A DNA stretch of 64,000 nt from a virus: IMG/VR virus record IMGVR_UViG_3300042922_000725, positions 1-64,000 of that record, one strand, 5' to 3'. This document shows, in pieces, positions 18,890 to 29,448 of the stretch (the first letter of the stretch is position 1; every line of letters begins with the position of its first letter). The position numbers were made by a program, and so were the translations under genes. The notes under the pieces are model-generated. The model had not been told where the DNA came from, did no database searches, and saw only the letters and a list, made by a program, of their open reading frames with translations.

Positions 18890-19636
18890 ATGAAAAAAGA
18901 ATTAACAATTGCAAATTATGTGTGTGATATAAATATAGAAGATTTACATATTACTTTACCCTGTTATGGTAGTATTGAAACGCCCTTATTTTACTGGAAA
19001 GATGTTAAGGATTTGAGTAAAGAAATTAAATCAAATGATTCTAGTAATTTTATTAAAGGTGTAGAGTTAGATGAAAATGAGTGTTTTCAAGTTATTCTTG
19101 GTACTGAAAAAAATTCCGTATCAAGTCATGGTGGAATAAGAAAAGGTAGTGAGATGCTAGTATTCTCTGAAGATGGATTGTATGAAGTTCTAATGGCAAA
19201 AACAAAATTAAAACACTTTAGAAAACCCATAAAAAGTATTCTTAAAACACTAAGACAAGATGGAATGTATATTAGTGGCGAAGACAATGTTAATAGTGTT
19301 GAAGAATTAGATGAATTATTAAACTCCGCATATGAAAGAAAAATATTAAGAAAATATGGAATTGGTGTTCGTAAAGATTTAACTAAAGTTATAGATGAAT
19401 CCTTACATCCTAAAAATAAATTCCTATATGCTACTATTACAGACCAACTAATTTATATGCCGACTGTTGGGAAAACAGCTAGTCAAATGAAAAAAGAATA
19501 TAAAACAGAAAAATTAAGAGATGAACACTTTACCAATGAAGAGTTAATGAAAATTGCCAATCAAGAACAATTTGTTTCAAATCTTATAGAAAAATTTAAA
19601 AATTATCACAAAGTTAAAGAAGTAATAAGCATGTAA
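18890..19636 (+). CDS. Bro-N/antirepressor-like DNA-binding protein
   Basis: YGSIETPLF..KDV and FSEDGLYEVLM...F...I..IL..LRQDG.Y Bro-N motifs. Confidence 0.75.
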   Translation: MKKELTIANYVCDINIEDLHITLPCYGSIETPLFYWKDVKDLSKEIKSNDSSNFIKGVELDENECFQVILGTEKNSVSSHGGIRKGSEMLVFSEDGLYEVLMAKTKLKHFRKPIKSILKTLRQDGMYISGEDNVNSVEELDELLNSAYERKILRKYGIGVRKDLTKVIDESLHPKNKFLYATITDQLIYMPTVGKTASQMKKEYKTEKLRDEHFTNEELMKIANQEQFVSNLIEKFKNYHKVKEVISM

Positions 19637-19671
19637 TAAAAATAAATTACATATAAATATTAATAAAACAC

Positions 19672-19704
19672 AAAAGGAGTTAGACTAAAAATCTTGCTCC
19701 TTTT
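19672..19704. terminator. bidirectional terminator
   Basis: AAAAGGAG...CTCCTTTT hairpin. Confidence 0.6.
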
Positions 19705-20047
19705 AACATAATTCATAAAACTATTTAAAATCAAAATTTTATTGTAAATTTTGAGCATACTTTTACATTTATAATATAACATGTTTATTTACAAATGTAA
19801 ATAGGAAAATTGAGGGAAATTAAAATTATTTTTTAGAAATTAAATTTAGATAAATATTCATTACTTATAGTGAATGATTATGTGGATTTAATTCTGCAAG
19901 TACTAAATGAAAAGTTATGTATAGTAAGGTATGTTCCTGCTGCTTTTTATCTTCTTCTCTATTTGTTGGATAATTACCAACCATAGAGTGAGAGTTAGAT
20001 GGAACGTCTAGCTCTTTTTCTATTAAATAATAAAGGAGAGATGAAGA

Positions 20048-21466
20048 ATGTTAGTAAGTGAAACGGTTGAAGTAAAGTTATGTTCTAGTAATATAAAATA
20101 TTTTGAAGAATTGGGATATGATATAGTTAGAAACATTGATAAAAAGGGAAGAAAAACAGTATCTTATAGTTCAAAGATTAATGTAAATATAAAAGATTTA
20201 AAGGATGGAAGTGGAATAAAGGTTTTAGTTAAATGCGATTGTGAAAATTGTAAGAATCCACAACCAAAATTAATGGCTTGGAATGTTTATTTAAAATGTC
20301 TACATAAGAATAAATATTATTGTAATAGTTGTGCTCATATATTATATGGTAGTAAAAATACACAAAAAACAAGATTGGCTAATGGTGAATCATTTGAGCA
20401 ATGGTGTATAAAAAATGATAGACAAGATGTATTAGACAGATGGGACTATGAATTAAATGATTGTAAGCCTAGTGAAATTACATACGGAACAGGTAAAAAA
20501 TATTATTTTAAATGTCCTTGTGGATTACATGAAAGTGAATTAAAAGAAATATCTAAAATTACTACATATAAAGGGAGTTCAATTTGTTTAAAATGTAATA
20601 GTATCGCACAATATCTTTTAAATAGTTATGGCAAAAATGCTTTGGAATTATATTGGGATTATGAAAAGAATATTGGGATTAACCCATGGAAGTTAGCAAG
20701 GGGAAGTAATAATAAAAGAATATGGATTAAGTGTAACGAAAAGTACTATCATGAAAGTTATGAAACCACTCCAAATGCTGTATCGACAGGGAGTGAATGT
20801 CCGTATTGTTCAATAAGAAATGGAAAGGTTCATTATCGAGATTCGTTAGGTTATTTATTTCCAAAAGCATTAGAATTATGGTCAAGTAAAAATAAAAAAT
20901 CATCATATAAATATAAACCTTGGAGCATGTTTGAAATATGGTGGAAGTGTCCTGGTGGAAAGCATGAAGATTATAAAAGAAGTATCAATTCATCCAATAG
21001 ATTAGATTTTCATTGCCCTAAGTGTACTTTAGAAAGAAATGAATCATACTTACAAGAAAAAGTTAGATTATATTTGGAAAATTTAAACGATGGGAAATAT
21101 ACAATTTTACATGAAAATAAATGCACTATAGTTCCAAAATCACCAAAAATTAAAAACACAAATAATACATTGCCGTTTGATAACGAAGTGAAAGAGTTAA
21201 AATTAATAATTGAAGTAATGGGCATTCAACATTATTCTATTACTGGATTTCACAAACATCATGCAAAAAGAAATAAGACAACACCTGAATACGAATTATA
21301 CAAACGTAAATTATATGATAGATATAAACGTATTTATGCTAAATCAAAGGGGTATGAATATTTAGAAATACCTTTTGATTTAGATGACAAACAAGAAATT
21401 TGGAAAAAACTTATAGATGATAAAATCAATCAAATATTATTAAAAGGTGATATACATGAAAAATAA
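20048..21466 (+). CDS. zinc-ribbon repeat (DUF4379-like) protein with C-terminal PD-(D/E)XK/Vsr-like endonuclease, probable homing endonuclease
   Basis: Repeated WDYE.N..P..I..GS..K..(F/W)KC..H..CPxC units; LPFD, LIIEVMGIQH, D..K...A...GY..LEIP. Confidence 0.75.
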   Translation: MLVSETVEVKLCSSNIKYFEELGYDIVRNIDKKGRKTVSYSSKINVNIKDLKDGSGIKVLVKCDCENCKNPQPKLMAWNVYLKCLHKNKYYCNSCAHILYGSKNTQKTRLANGESFEQWCIKNDRQDVLDRWDYELNDCKPSEITYGTGKKYYFKCPCGLHESELKEISKITTYKGSSICLKCNSIAQYLLNSYGKNALELYWDYEKNIGINPWKLARGSNNKRIWIKCNEKYYHESYETTPNAVSTGSECPYCSIRNGKVHYRDSLGYLFPKALELWSSKNKKSSYKYKPWSMFEIWWKCPGGKHEDYKRSINSSNRLDFHCPKCTLERNESYLQEKVRLYLENLNDGKYTILHENKCTIVPKSPKIKNTNNTLPFDNEVKELKLIIEVMGIQHYSITGFHKHHAKRNKTTPEYELYKRKLYDRYKRIYAKSKGYEYLEIPFDLDDKQEIWKKLIDDKINQILLKGDIHEK

Positions 21467-22526
21467 AACTAACTCAGAAAAGAGACAAATTAAATGTCCA
21501 AGTTGTTCTAGAGAGCTTATGCTAAATGGTTCGAATTTTTATAAATCAAGCAAGCTGGAATATGAAAAAACAGATGGATTTTGCTACATCTGTAAACAAT
21601 GTCTAAGGAGCCTTTGTTACAACAAGGATAATACTATAAATCTTAATGGAATACATCAAGTTCTTCAGACATTAGATAAACCATTTATAAAATCTGAATA
21701 TATGAAAATATTATCTAAGGGTAGCTTTGATATAGGCAGCCTGCTCAAAAATGTATCTTTTAATATGTATGCCAAGATGACTTATGCCGATAGTGATAAG
21801 GAAGAAAAAGAAATAACACATGTCACAGAAAATCAAAATACATATAAAAAAGAAATATTGATAACAGATGATGATAAAAAAAACGAAGAAGACGTTATTC
21901 GAATTTTAGGATATGACCCTTTTATTACGGATAGCATGGATGATAGAAGATTATTATTTAATTCATTAATAGATTTTCTAGATGAAGAAACTCAAGCTGA
22001 TAATTTTAAATGTTTAACAGTTATTGAAATAGTAAAGTTATTTAATCAATCAGAAAGAATTAATTTAACAATAAACTCAATAATGAAAGATTATAAAAGT
22101 ATAGCAGATAATTCAACATTAATAAAATCTTTAATGGATACAAAAAAAAATATGCTTACATCGGCTTTAGCATTAGCAAAAGATAATGGAATATCTGTAA
22201 ACCATAATAACAATAAAAGTAAAGGTGGAAACACGCTAAATGGAATAATAAGAAAACTAGACGAAATAGGTTTAGATGAAGCTAGGATAAATTTATTTAA
22301 TTTAGAAACATGCGAAGCAATGAAACAAATAGCGGATATAAGTAACAAAAGCATTTTAGACCAGCTTGTTTTAGATGAAAATGATTATACAACAATGATA
22401 ACACAACAAAAAGAAATTATAAAAAAAATGGATGAAAAAATAATAGCACTAGAAGAAGAAAATAGATTGTTAAAAATAAAAATCAAATATTATGAAGATA
22501 TTGAAAAAGAGAATTCTGAAAGTTAG
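21456..22526 (+). CDS. zinc-finger packaging-associated protein (putative terminase small subunit)
   Basis: N-terminal CPSC...CKQC; C-terminal coiled coil; directly upstream of terL. Confidence 0.5.
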   Translation: MKNKTNSEKRQIKCPSCSRELMLNGSNFYKSSKLEYEKTDGFCYICKQCLRSLCYNKDNTINLNGIHQVLQTLDKPFIKSEYMKILSKGSFDIGSLLKNVSFNMYAKMTYADSDKEEKEITHVTENQNTYKKEILITDDDKKNEEDVIRILGYDPFITDSMDDRRLLFNSLIDFLDEETQADNFKCLTVIEIVKLFNQSERINLTINSIMKDYKSIADNSTLIKSLMDTKKNMLTSALALAKDNGISVNHNNNKSKGGNTLNGIIRKLDEIGLDEARINLFNLETCEAMKQIADISNKSILDQLVLDENDYTTMITQQKEIIKKMDEKIIALEEENRLLKIKIKYYEDIEKENSES

Positions 22527-22556
22527 TGTTTAGATGGAAGAAGGTGATAATACATT

Positions 22557-25481
22557 ATGGATTTTATGGTGAAAAATACTCAAGCGCAAATTTCTCAAAG
22601 AAAATTAGAATCATATTTAAAATTAGCAAAAATTGTCCAATGGGGACGTAGTACTCCTATTAAATTTTGCGAAAGGTTTTTTGGCATAGAATTTTTAGAC
22701 GTTCAAAAATATGCTTTCATGAACTCATGGTTAAAGCCTTATAATTTATGGTGTATTACAAGGAATGGGGGAAAAGCACTATCTTTAGATACTAAAATAC
22801 CTACTCCTGATGGATTCAAAACCATGGGAAATTTAAATATTGGAGATTATGTATTAGATGAGAATGGACAACCAACAAAAATAATATTCACCTCTGAAAT
22901 ATTTTATAACCATAATTGTTATGAAGTAGAATTTGAAGATGGAGAAAAGATTGTAGCTGATGAAAATCACTTATGGTATGTAAAAATAAAAGACCAAGGT
23001 AATGAATATAAAATTACTAAAACAAAAGATATGATTAAAAATTTTGTTCATGAAAGAAAGGACGGAAAAGGAAAAGAATATAAATATAGAGTTCCGATGA
23101 ATAAGCCATTAAAATACAATGAAAAAGAGTTGTCAATTCATCCTTATATTTTAGGAGTATGGTTAGGCGACGGAAATTCAAGAGACACCAGAATAACTTC
23201 AAGTGTAGAAGATACTGAAAATATGGTAAAGAATATTGCCAATTGTGGATATCAAACAAAAGTATTAAAATATAACAATAGAGTAAATTCAATAAATATA
23301 GGCTATGTCGGAAAAGGTAGAAAAAACGAATTTAAAACAAATTTAATAAAAATGAATTTAATAAAAAACAAACATATACCAAATGAATATTTGTTTGCCA
23401 GTGTAGAACAAAGATTTGAGCTTTTACAAGGCTTGATGGATACAGATGGAAGTTGTTTTGGTATAAATAATAACAAATGTGAATTTACTCAAAAAGATTA
23501 TAATTTTATATTGCAGTTTTCACAACTATTATCTGGATTAGGAATAAAACATTCTATTAGCAAGAGATATATGATTTGTAATAACAAAAAGTGTGAAAGT
23601 TATAGAGTGATTTTTTATACCGATAAAATCAATAGTTGTTTTAAATTGGATAGAAAACATAATAGATTAAAAGATAAACTTAATAAAAGAATGTTAAACA
23701 AAAGTATAATTTCTATTAAAAAAATTAACAGTGTACCCACAAAATGCATTGGTGTTGATAATCCAATGCATTTATATTTATGTGGAGAAAAAAATACTGT
23801 AACTCACAATTCGACACTTTCTGCGCCATTTATAATGTCAAAAGGAATTTTAATATCTGGTCATTCTACATATATTCTTTCAAACGTATCTGCACAAAGC
23901 CAAGATACATTTTTAAAGATAGAAAAAATAGCAAAAAAAGAACTTTCTAGTTTTACAGGATTGACTGATTTTTTTAAGGGAGAACTTGTTACTTCGGCAG
24001 CAAATACTGATGGATTTACACATGCACAATCTGGATTTAATTATAAACTTTACAATGGAAGCTCTGTTACGAGTTTAAGCGGAGAAATTAACAACAATAG
24101 AGGTAAAAGATCAAACTTGAATGTGTATGATGAAAGCGGATGGACAGAAGAAGAATATGTAGTTTCTACAACACCATTTTTACTGCAAAACTCAACTTTT
24201 CGTTTGGGTGGCGGAATAGATATGTCTACATTTCCAAAACAAATACCAAATCAAAGACTATTCATATCTTCTGCTTCTAGTACAGATAGCTATTTTTATA
24301 CCCTATATAAAGACTATGCTAAAAATATGCTTTTAGGTGACAAAAATTACTTTGTAGCAGATATTAATTGTGAGCTTATTTTATCAGCTACAGTTAACGG
24401 TAAAATATATCCTGCTTCATTAATAAATAAAGATGATATAGATTCAGACATGAGAAAAAATAAAGAAAAAGCTCTTAGAGAGTATTTTAATAAATTTAGC
24501 ATAGACGGTGGAGATAATCAAGTTTTTAAAAGGGCGACAGTTATTAAAAACTCTTTTGTTAGATTACCAATTTTAAGAAATGATTCAAAAGAAAAAAGAA
24601 GATTTGTAATTGCTTATGACCCAGCCCATCAATATGATAATTCTGTTTGTTTGGTTGGAGAAATTGTAAAAGATGATGTTGTTGGTGAAAAATTAAATAT
24701 TTGCAATGGTATTAGTTTTGTAGATATAGGTAAAAAGAAAAAAACGCCAATGAGAACACCAGAACAAATAGAAATCTTAAAACAAATGATTTTAGATTAT
24801 AACGGTTTAGAAAAGGCAGATTATGAAAATATAGAATGTTTATTGATAGACGCTGGAGCTGGAGGTCATGGTACAACAATTGCGGATTATTTAATGGAAG
24901 ATTGGATGGATTCAAAAGGAAACTCACATAAAGGAATTATTGACAAAATAGAATGTAGTGAGCATGTGTCAAAATTCCCAAATGCAATTGATAAATTAAA
25001 ATTAATGTCTCCTCAAAAATATAAGAAAGAAATGTTTGATGCTCTTGTAGAAATGGTTAATTTGGATTTAATTTCTTTTACGGCAGAATACGATTTTAAA
25101 GGTTCTGTAAATTTACCAAAAGAAACCGGAAAAATGGTTGAGTCAGAATATGAAGATGAAACTGGTAAGATTATAAAAGTTGAAGAAAAAGAAGTTGTAT
25201 ATAAAAAAACAAAATTAGATTTCGATGAAGAATTAGCTTTAAAAAATATAGATATAGCAAAAGAAGAACTGGTTAATATTTACAGATACAAAGGTACAAA
25301 TAATAACTATAGATATGATTTATCTCAAGAAAAAGTTGGTGAACTACATGACGATAGAGCGTATTGTCTTGCTCTTTTGGGATGGTATTTACAGCAGGTT
25401 AGAAGAGACAATGTAATTAATAAAAAAGAAGATTTTAACTGGAATAATGTTCCTTCAATGGTTTCTTCCATTAATTTTTAA
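22557..25481 (+). CDS. terL: terminase large subunit interrupted by an intein
   Basis: Walker A RNGGK|ST, Walker B NVYDE, ISSAS, nuclease IAYDPA, IDAGAGG and HDDRAY. Confidence 0.9.
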   Translation: MDFMVKNTQAQISQRKLESYLKLAKIVQWGRSTPIKFCERFFGIEFLDVQKYAFMNSWLKPYNLWCITRNGGKALSLDTKIPTPDGFKTMGNLNIGDYVLDENGQPTKIIFTSEIFYNHNCYEVEFEDGEKIVADENHLWYVKIKDQGNEYKITKTKDMIKNFVHERKDGKGKEYKYRVPMNKPLKYNEKELSIHPYILGVWLGDGNSRDTRITSSVEDTENMVKNIANCGYQTKVLKYNNRVNSINIGYVGKGRKNEFKTNLIKMNLIKNKHIPNEYLFASVEQRFELLQGLMDTDGSCFGINNNKCEFTQKDYNFILQFSQLLSGLGIKHSISKRYMICNNKKCESYRVIFYTDKINSCFKLDRKHNRLKDKLNKRMLNKSIISIKKINSVPTKCIGVDNPMHLYLCGEKNTVTHNSTLSAPFIMSKGILISGHSTYILSNVSAQSQDTFLKIEKIAKKELSSFTGLTDFFKGELVTSAANTDGFTHAQSGFNYKLYNGSSVTSLSGEINNNRGKRSNLNVYDESGWTEEEYVVSTTPFLLQNSTFRLGGGIDMSTFPKQIPNQRLFISSASSTDSYFYTLYKDYAKNMLLGDKNYFVADINCELILSATVNGKIYPASLINKDDIDSDMRKNKEKALREYFNKFSIDGGDNQVFKRATVIKNSFVRLPILRNDSKEKRRFVIAYDPAHQYDNSVCLVGEIVKDDVVGEKLNICNGISFVDIGKKKKTPMRTPEQIEILKQMILDYNGLEKADYENIECLLIDAGAGGHGTTIADYLMEDWMDSKGNSHKGIIDKIECSEHVSKFPNAIDKLKLMSPQKYKKEMFDALVEMVNLDLISFTAEYDFKGSVNLPKETGKMVESEYEDETGKIIKVEEKEVVYKKTKLDFDEELALKNIDIAKEELVNIYRYKGTNNNYRYDLSQEKVGELHDDRAYCLALLGWYLQQVRRDNVINKKEDFNWNNVPSMVSSINF
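22776..23810 (+). mobile_element. class 3 (Ala1, WCT) intein with LAGLIDADG endonuclease, 345 aa
   Basis: Starts ALSLDTKIPTPDG; block B ENHLW, block F TKCIGVD, ends VTHN|S; LGVWLGDG and LQGLMDTDG motifs. Confidence 0.88.
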
Positions 25482-25525
25482 TAAAGCAATAAATAATTAA
25501 TAAAAAGAAAGGCGGTGATATCAGA

Positions 25526-27133
25526 ATGCCAAGTAAAAACGATAAAGATACCATTGTATCAGAACTAAATGAGGATTTAATTTTAATAACATCAAGCGAA
25601 AAAATAAATCAAGAAAAGTTTGAAAAAGCAATGTATGACTTAGAATCTAAAGAACATACATATTCTGCTTATTTAAACGATTGTTCAATAGGTAATTCAA
25701 ATTTATCAGATTCAGAATTAGATGATTTGGCAGATAATCCGCAAACCAATATTTTTAAAGTAATTAAAATAAATGGATATATTAGAAAAGAAGTAAATAA
25801 AAATGGTTTAATTGGAAAAGTTTATGAGTGCATTGAATCAAATTTAAACACTAATGTAGAATTACTATTTAAAAATTACAGTAATAATAGAAATAAAAAT
25901 AAGATAAGAGAAAAAGCAGAACAAATAATTAAAGATTTTAATGAAAAAATTAATTTAGAAGATTTAATTTCTAAATCAGTGCCTATGACTTACTTAGAGG
26001 GTAATTACTTCATGTGTTTACGTTCAGAAAATGAAGATTATAAAATTGATTACTACCCATTAGGAGTTTGTGAGTTATCAGATTATGAAATATCTGGAGA
26101 GCCTTATATATTAATAAACGTAAGAGAATTAGCTTCCAGACTAAGGAAAATAAATAAAAAAAATAAAGATGGAACATATTTATTTTTCAAAGATATAGAT
26201 GAAGAAATTAAAAAGAATTATCCTCCAGAAGTTTTTACAGCTTATAAAAAGAAAGAGCAATATGCAAAGCTTGATATAACAAACACAGGTGTTATTAGAG
26301 TTAATAATTTAAATAGAAAATATGGAGTTTCAAGTATTTTTAAATGTCTTAAAGATTCATTGATATTAGAAAGTTTTAAATTATCAGATCAAAATAATAC
26401 AAAAACAAAAGGTAAAATAATAATCTTTCAAAAAACTGATACTAAAATATTAGGAGAAGATGGAAAGAGTAAACCCTATACAGAAGTTCAATATTCTCAT
26501 TTAGAATTGGCAAAAGCAGTTTCAAGAGATGGAGTTTGTCTATATACAGGTATGCCATGGGTTTCGTCTGTTGAATATTTAGAAACAAAAAATACACAAG
26601 ATACAAACCCTAAAATGATTTCATATAGAAATGAAATAGCTACAGCACTAGGAATAAGTTTTATAACCTCAACAGATAAAAGTGGAGTTGCTGAAATTTC
26701 AATTGGTCAGTTGATGAAGACAATTAATCGAATAACTTCTCAATTAGAAAAAATATTAAAAAAATGGTACAAATTTATTCTTGATAAAAACGGAATCCCT
26801 AGTGAATATGTTCCCAGTATAAAGATAGTTGATTCTGAATTAATGAGTATGGAATTAAAATTGCAATTATGTGATGCTTTATTTAACAAATATGGAGCAA
26901 GTTATAAAACTATATATGGTATTTTAGATAGAGATTTTGCACAGGAAGAAGAGTTTAGAAAAAATGAAAATGAAGAACAAACAGATATTGTTTTCAAGCC
27001 TAGACTTACTGGATACACGGCAAATTCTGATGCTATAAATGGAGATAATAATGGTCGTCCGCCAGACTCAAAAGATAAAGATAGACAAAGTTATGACAAA
27101 GAATATAACAAAGATAACTTGAGAACCAGTTAA
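25526..27133 (+). CDS. portal protein
   Basis: 535 aa directly after terL; EGNY, RKYGVS and ALGISF motifs typical of SPbeta-like portals. Confidence 0.75.
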   Translation: MPSKNDKDTIVSELNEDLILITSSEKINQEKFEKAMYDLESKEHTYSAYLNDCSIGNSNLSDSELDDLADNPQTNIFKVIKINGYIRKEVNKNGLIGKVYECIESNLNTNVELLFKNYSNNRNKNKIREKAEQIIKDFNEKINLEDLISKSVPMTYLEGNYFMCLRSENEDYKIDYYPLGVCELSDYEISGEPYILINVRELASRLRKINKKNKDGTYLFFKDIDEEIKKNYPPEVFTAYKKKEQYAKLDITNTGVIRVNNLNRKYGVSSIFKCLKDSLILESFKLSDQNNTKTKGKIIIFQKTDTKILGEDGKSKPYTEVQYSHLELAKAVSRDGVCLYTGMPWVSSVEYLETKNTQDTNPKMISYRNEIATALGISFITSTDKSGVAEISIGQLMKTINRITSQLEKILKKWYKFILDKNGIPSEYVPSIKIVDSELMSMELKLQLCDALFNKYGASYKTIYGILDRDFAQEEEFRKNENEEQTDIVFKPRLTGYTANSDAINGDNNGRPPDSKDKDRQSYDKEYNKDNLRTS

Positions 27134-27160
27134 TTTTTCATAACTAAAGGAAGTGATGTT

Positions 27161-27310
27161 TTGAAAAAAGAAATAAAATGTCCACATTGTGATGAGGTAA
27201 TTGAAATAGAAATTACAGAAGATGAATCAATAGTTGAAAAAACAGATTTAAATGTTTCCGAAAATGAAATAAAAAATGCTTTGCTTGTAAGTAAAATAGA
27301 GTTAGCATAA
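27161..27310 (+). CDS. small CxxC protein (absent from ORF track)
   Basis: TTG start after GGAAGTGA; MKKEIKCPHCDEVIEIEI... Confidence 0.55.
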   Translation: MKKEIKCPHCDEVIEIEITEDESIVEKTDLNVSENEIKNALLVSKIELA

Positions 27311-27343
27311 ATCATTTAGGCGAAAGGTGGTGAAAAATAAATA

Positions 27344-28876
27344 ATGGAAAAAATAATTATGAATAATCAAATTTTATCATTGAGTGAAAGTGATGATGGA
27401 TTAACACTGAAAGCTAAATTTTTAATATGCCCATTAGATGAAAGCAACTTAAATGGTGTTGGATTAAAAGATGAAGATTTAACAGATACTGAGAAATCAG
27501 GTTTAAAAAACCAACCAATAGTAGCAAAGATTATAAAGAATTCCGATGGAGAGTTAGATTTTTCGGGACATAACTTAAAAAAGGTATATGAGAAAAATGA
27601 TGATACTAAAAAAATGGAAGCTAAATATGTTTTTGATACATATCCAATAGGGGTACATGAAAAAAGCTATGTTGAGGACTTAGACTTAAATGGGGAGAAT
27701 AAAAAATGTATTGTTGCAGATTGCTTATTTTGGACAAGATATGAAAACTCAATAAAAGTATTGAAACGACTTTATGATGAACAAAATTTACATAGTAGTT
27801 GGGAAATATCTTATGGAGAAAGTTATATTGAAAATAATACAAAATGGTTAAAGCAAATATTATGGTTAGGGAATTGTGTTTTGGGTTCAAATATTAATCC
27901 AGCCTATCCAATTGCAGGAGCTTTAGAAGTTTCAGAACTAAGTGAAGGGGAAAAGGAATTAATAGAAGCTTTCACTGAAGATGTAATAAATGAGCAATCA
28001 AATAATCAAATTATTACTTCATCTGAAGATAATAAAATAAATAATAATCAAGGAGGTATTGCAGATATGAGTAAAGCAGCACAGGGACTTGCAAGTGTTT
28101 CTATGAATGACTTATATGAAAAAGTAAGAAAGGCTATAAATAGCATTGACTCAAGAAAGTGGTATCAAATTCCATTTATATTTCCAATGGAGTTTAGAGC
28201 TATAGGATATGAATGGGATAGAGAGTCAGATCAAGATTTCGTTCAATTTACTTATGTAGTAAACAGTGATGAAACAATTAGTATAACTGCGCAAGAAGAA
28301 GTTAAAATGGTATTTGAATTAAAGACAACAATTGATAATCAATTAACTGAAAAAGATACTAAAATAGCCGAACTTGAAAAGAATGTTGAAACAATTCAGT
28401 CTCAATTATCTGAAAAAGAAACAGAAATATCTACAAAAATTGAAACAATTAATAAACTTGGCGAAGAAATTTCAACCAAAGATAACGTTATTTCAGAAAA
28501 AGATTCGGTAATATCAGAACTATTGCCTTTAAAAGAGGAAAAAGAAAGACTAGAGTCCGAAGCAAAAGAAAAAGAACTTGCAGAAAAAAGAGAAGAATTA
28601 AAGTCTTTTGCTATGAAAGGTGGATTTATAACCCTTGAATTAATTGAACAATCTGAGGAATTAAAGAAAGCTATTGAAGAGTTAGATGAAAAAACTATAA
28701 AAGTAATTCGTGCAGAGAAAATAGCTGAGAAATATGATTCAGAAGCAAAAACAGAAGAAAAAGTTGAAACATCAAACGCAAACAATTCTGATTCTGCGTC
28801 TGCCAACTTAAACAACACAGAAGAAGGAACACTTTCTGCAACAGACATTATCAAAAGTTTATTAAAAAGGAAGTAG
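27344..28876 (+). CDS. prohead protease / scaffold fusion
   Basis: NLNG, FSGH, LHSSWEI and LG...PAY protease motifs; long acidic coiled-coil C-terminus. Confidence 0.75.
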   Translation: MEKIIMNNQILSLSESDDGLTLKAKFLICPLDESNLNGVGLKDEDLTDTEKSGLKNQPIVAKIIKNSDGELDFSGHNLKKVYEKNDDTKKMEAKYVFDTYPIGVHEKSYVEDLDLNGENKKCIVADCLFWTRYENSIKVLKRLYDEQNLHSSWEISYGESYIENNTKWLKQILWLGNCVLGSNINPAYPIAGALEVSELSEGEKELIEAFTEDVINEQSNNQIITSSEDNKINNNQGGIADMSKAAQGLASVSMNDLYEKVRKAINSIDSRKWYQIPFIFPMEFRAIGYEWDRESDQDFVQFTYVVNSDETISITAQEEVKMVFELKTTIDNQLTEKDTKIAELEKNVETIQSQLSEKETEISTKIETINKLGEEISTKDNVISEKDSVISELLPLKEEKERLESEAKEKELAEKREELKSFAMKGGFITLELIEQSEELKKAIEELDEKTIKVIRAEKIAEKYDSEAKTEEKVETSNANNSDSASANLNNTEEGTLSATDIIKSLLKRK

Positions 28877-28948
28877 TAATTTAATAAAAATATAAAACAT
28901 TATGTTTTATATTAATATAAAAATAAATAAAATTAGGAGGTCATATTT

Positions 28949-29416
28949 ATGTTAAGAAATTTAATAGGTGCTAAACACACTACTGAGATCTTTAAAATAG
29001 GAAGTACAGATGTGAAAAGGGGAGCAATTGTTGTTAAGGACTATACTAACAAAGTTGCAAACAAGGCTTCTGCTACTGGAGTAGAAATTTTCTTTGTAGA
29101 TTATAACTTTGTTCCATCTGGTTATCAATCTGACATGGAAATATCCGCTTATACAGACCAAGCAGATATTGTGAAAGCAGGAACTAATGCCGTTTTAATC
29201 AAACCACAATTGGGTGAAACTTGGGCATTAGACCAAGTAGTTACAACTGGTTTGGCTGCTGGAGACTATGCTATTGCTGGTTCAAGTGGAAACGTTGGAA
29301 AGCTTGTAAAAGCTACCACTGGAAATGTAGCAACTTTAAGATATGTTGGAGAATACAAAGATGGAGATCAAACTCTTTACGCTTTTGAAGTTGTAGAACC
29401 AAAGACAATAGCATAA
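28949..29416 (+). CDS. head decoration / capsid-stabilising protein
   Basis: Beta-rich 155-aa protein between protease and capsid genes; strong RBS. Confidence 0.55.
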   Translation: MLRNLIGAKHTTEIFKIGSTDVKRGAIVVKDYTNKVANKASATGVEIFFVDYNFVPSGYQSDMEISAYTDQADIVKAGTNAVLIKPQLGETWALDQVVTTGLAAGDYAIAGSSGNVGKLVKATTGNVATLRYVGEYKDGDQTLYAFEVVEPKTIA

Positions 29417-29448
29417 TAAAAAATAAATAAAATTAGGAGGTAATATTT

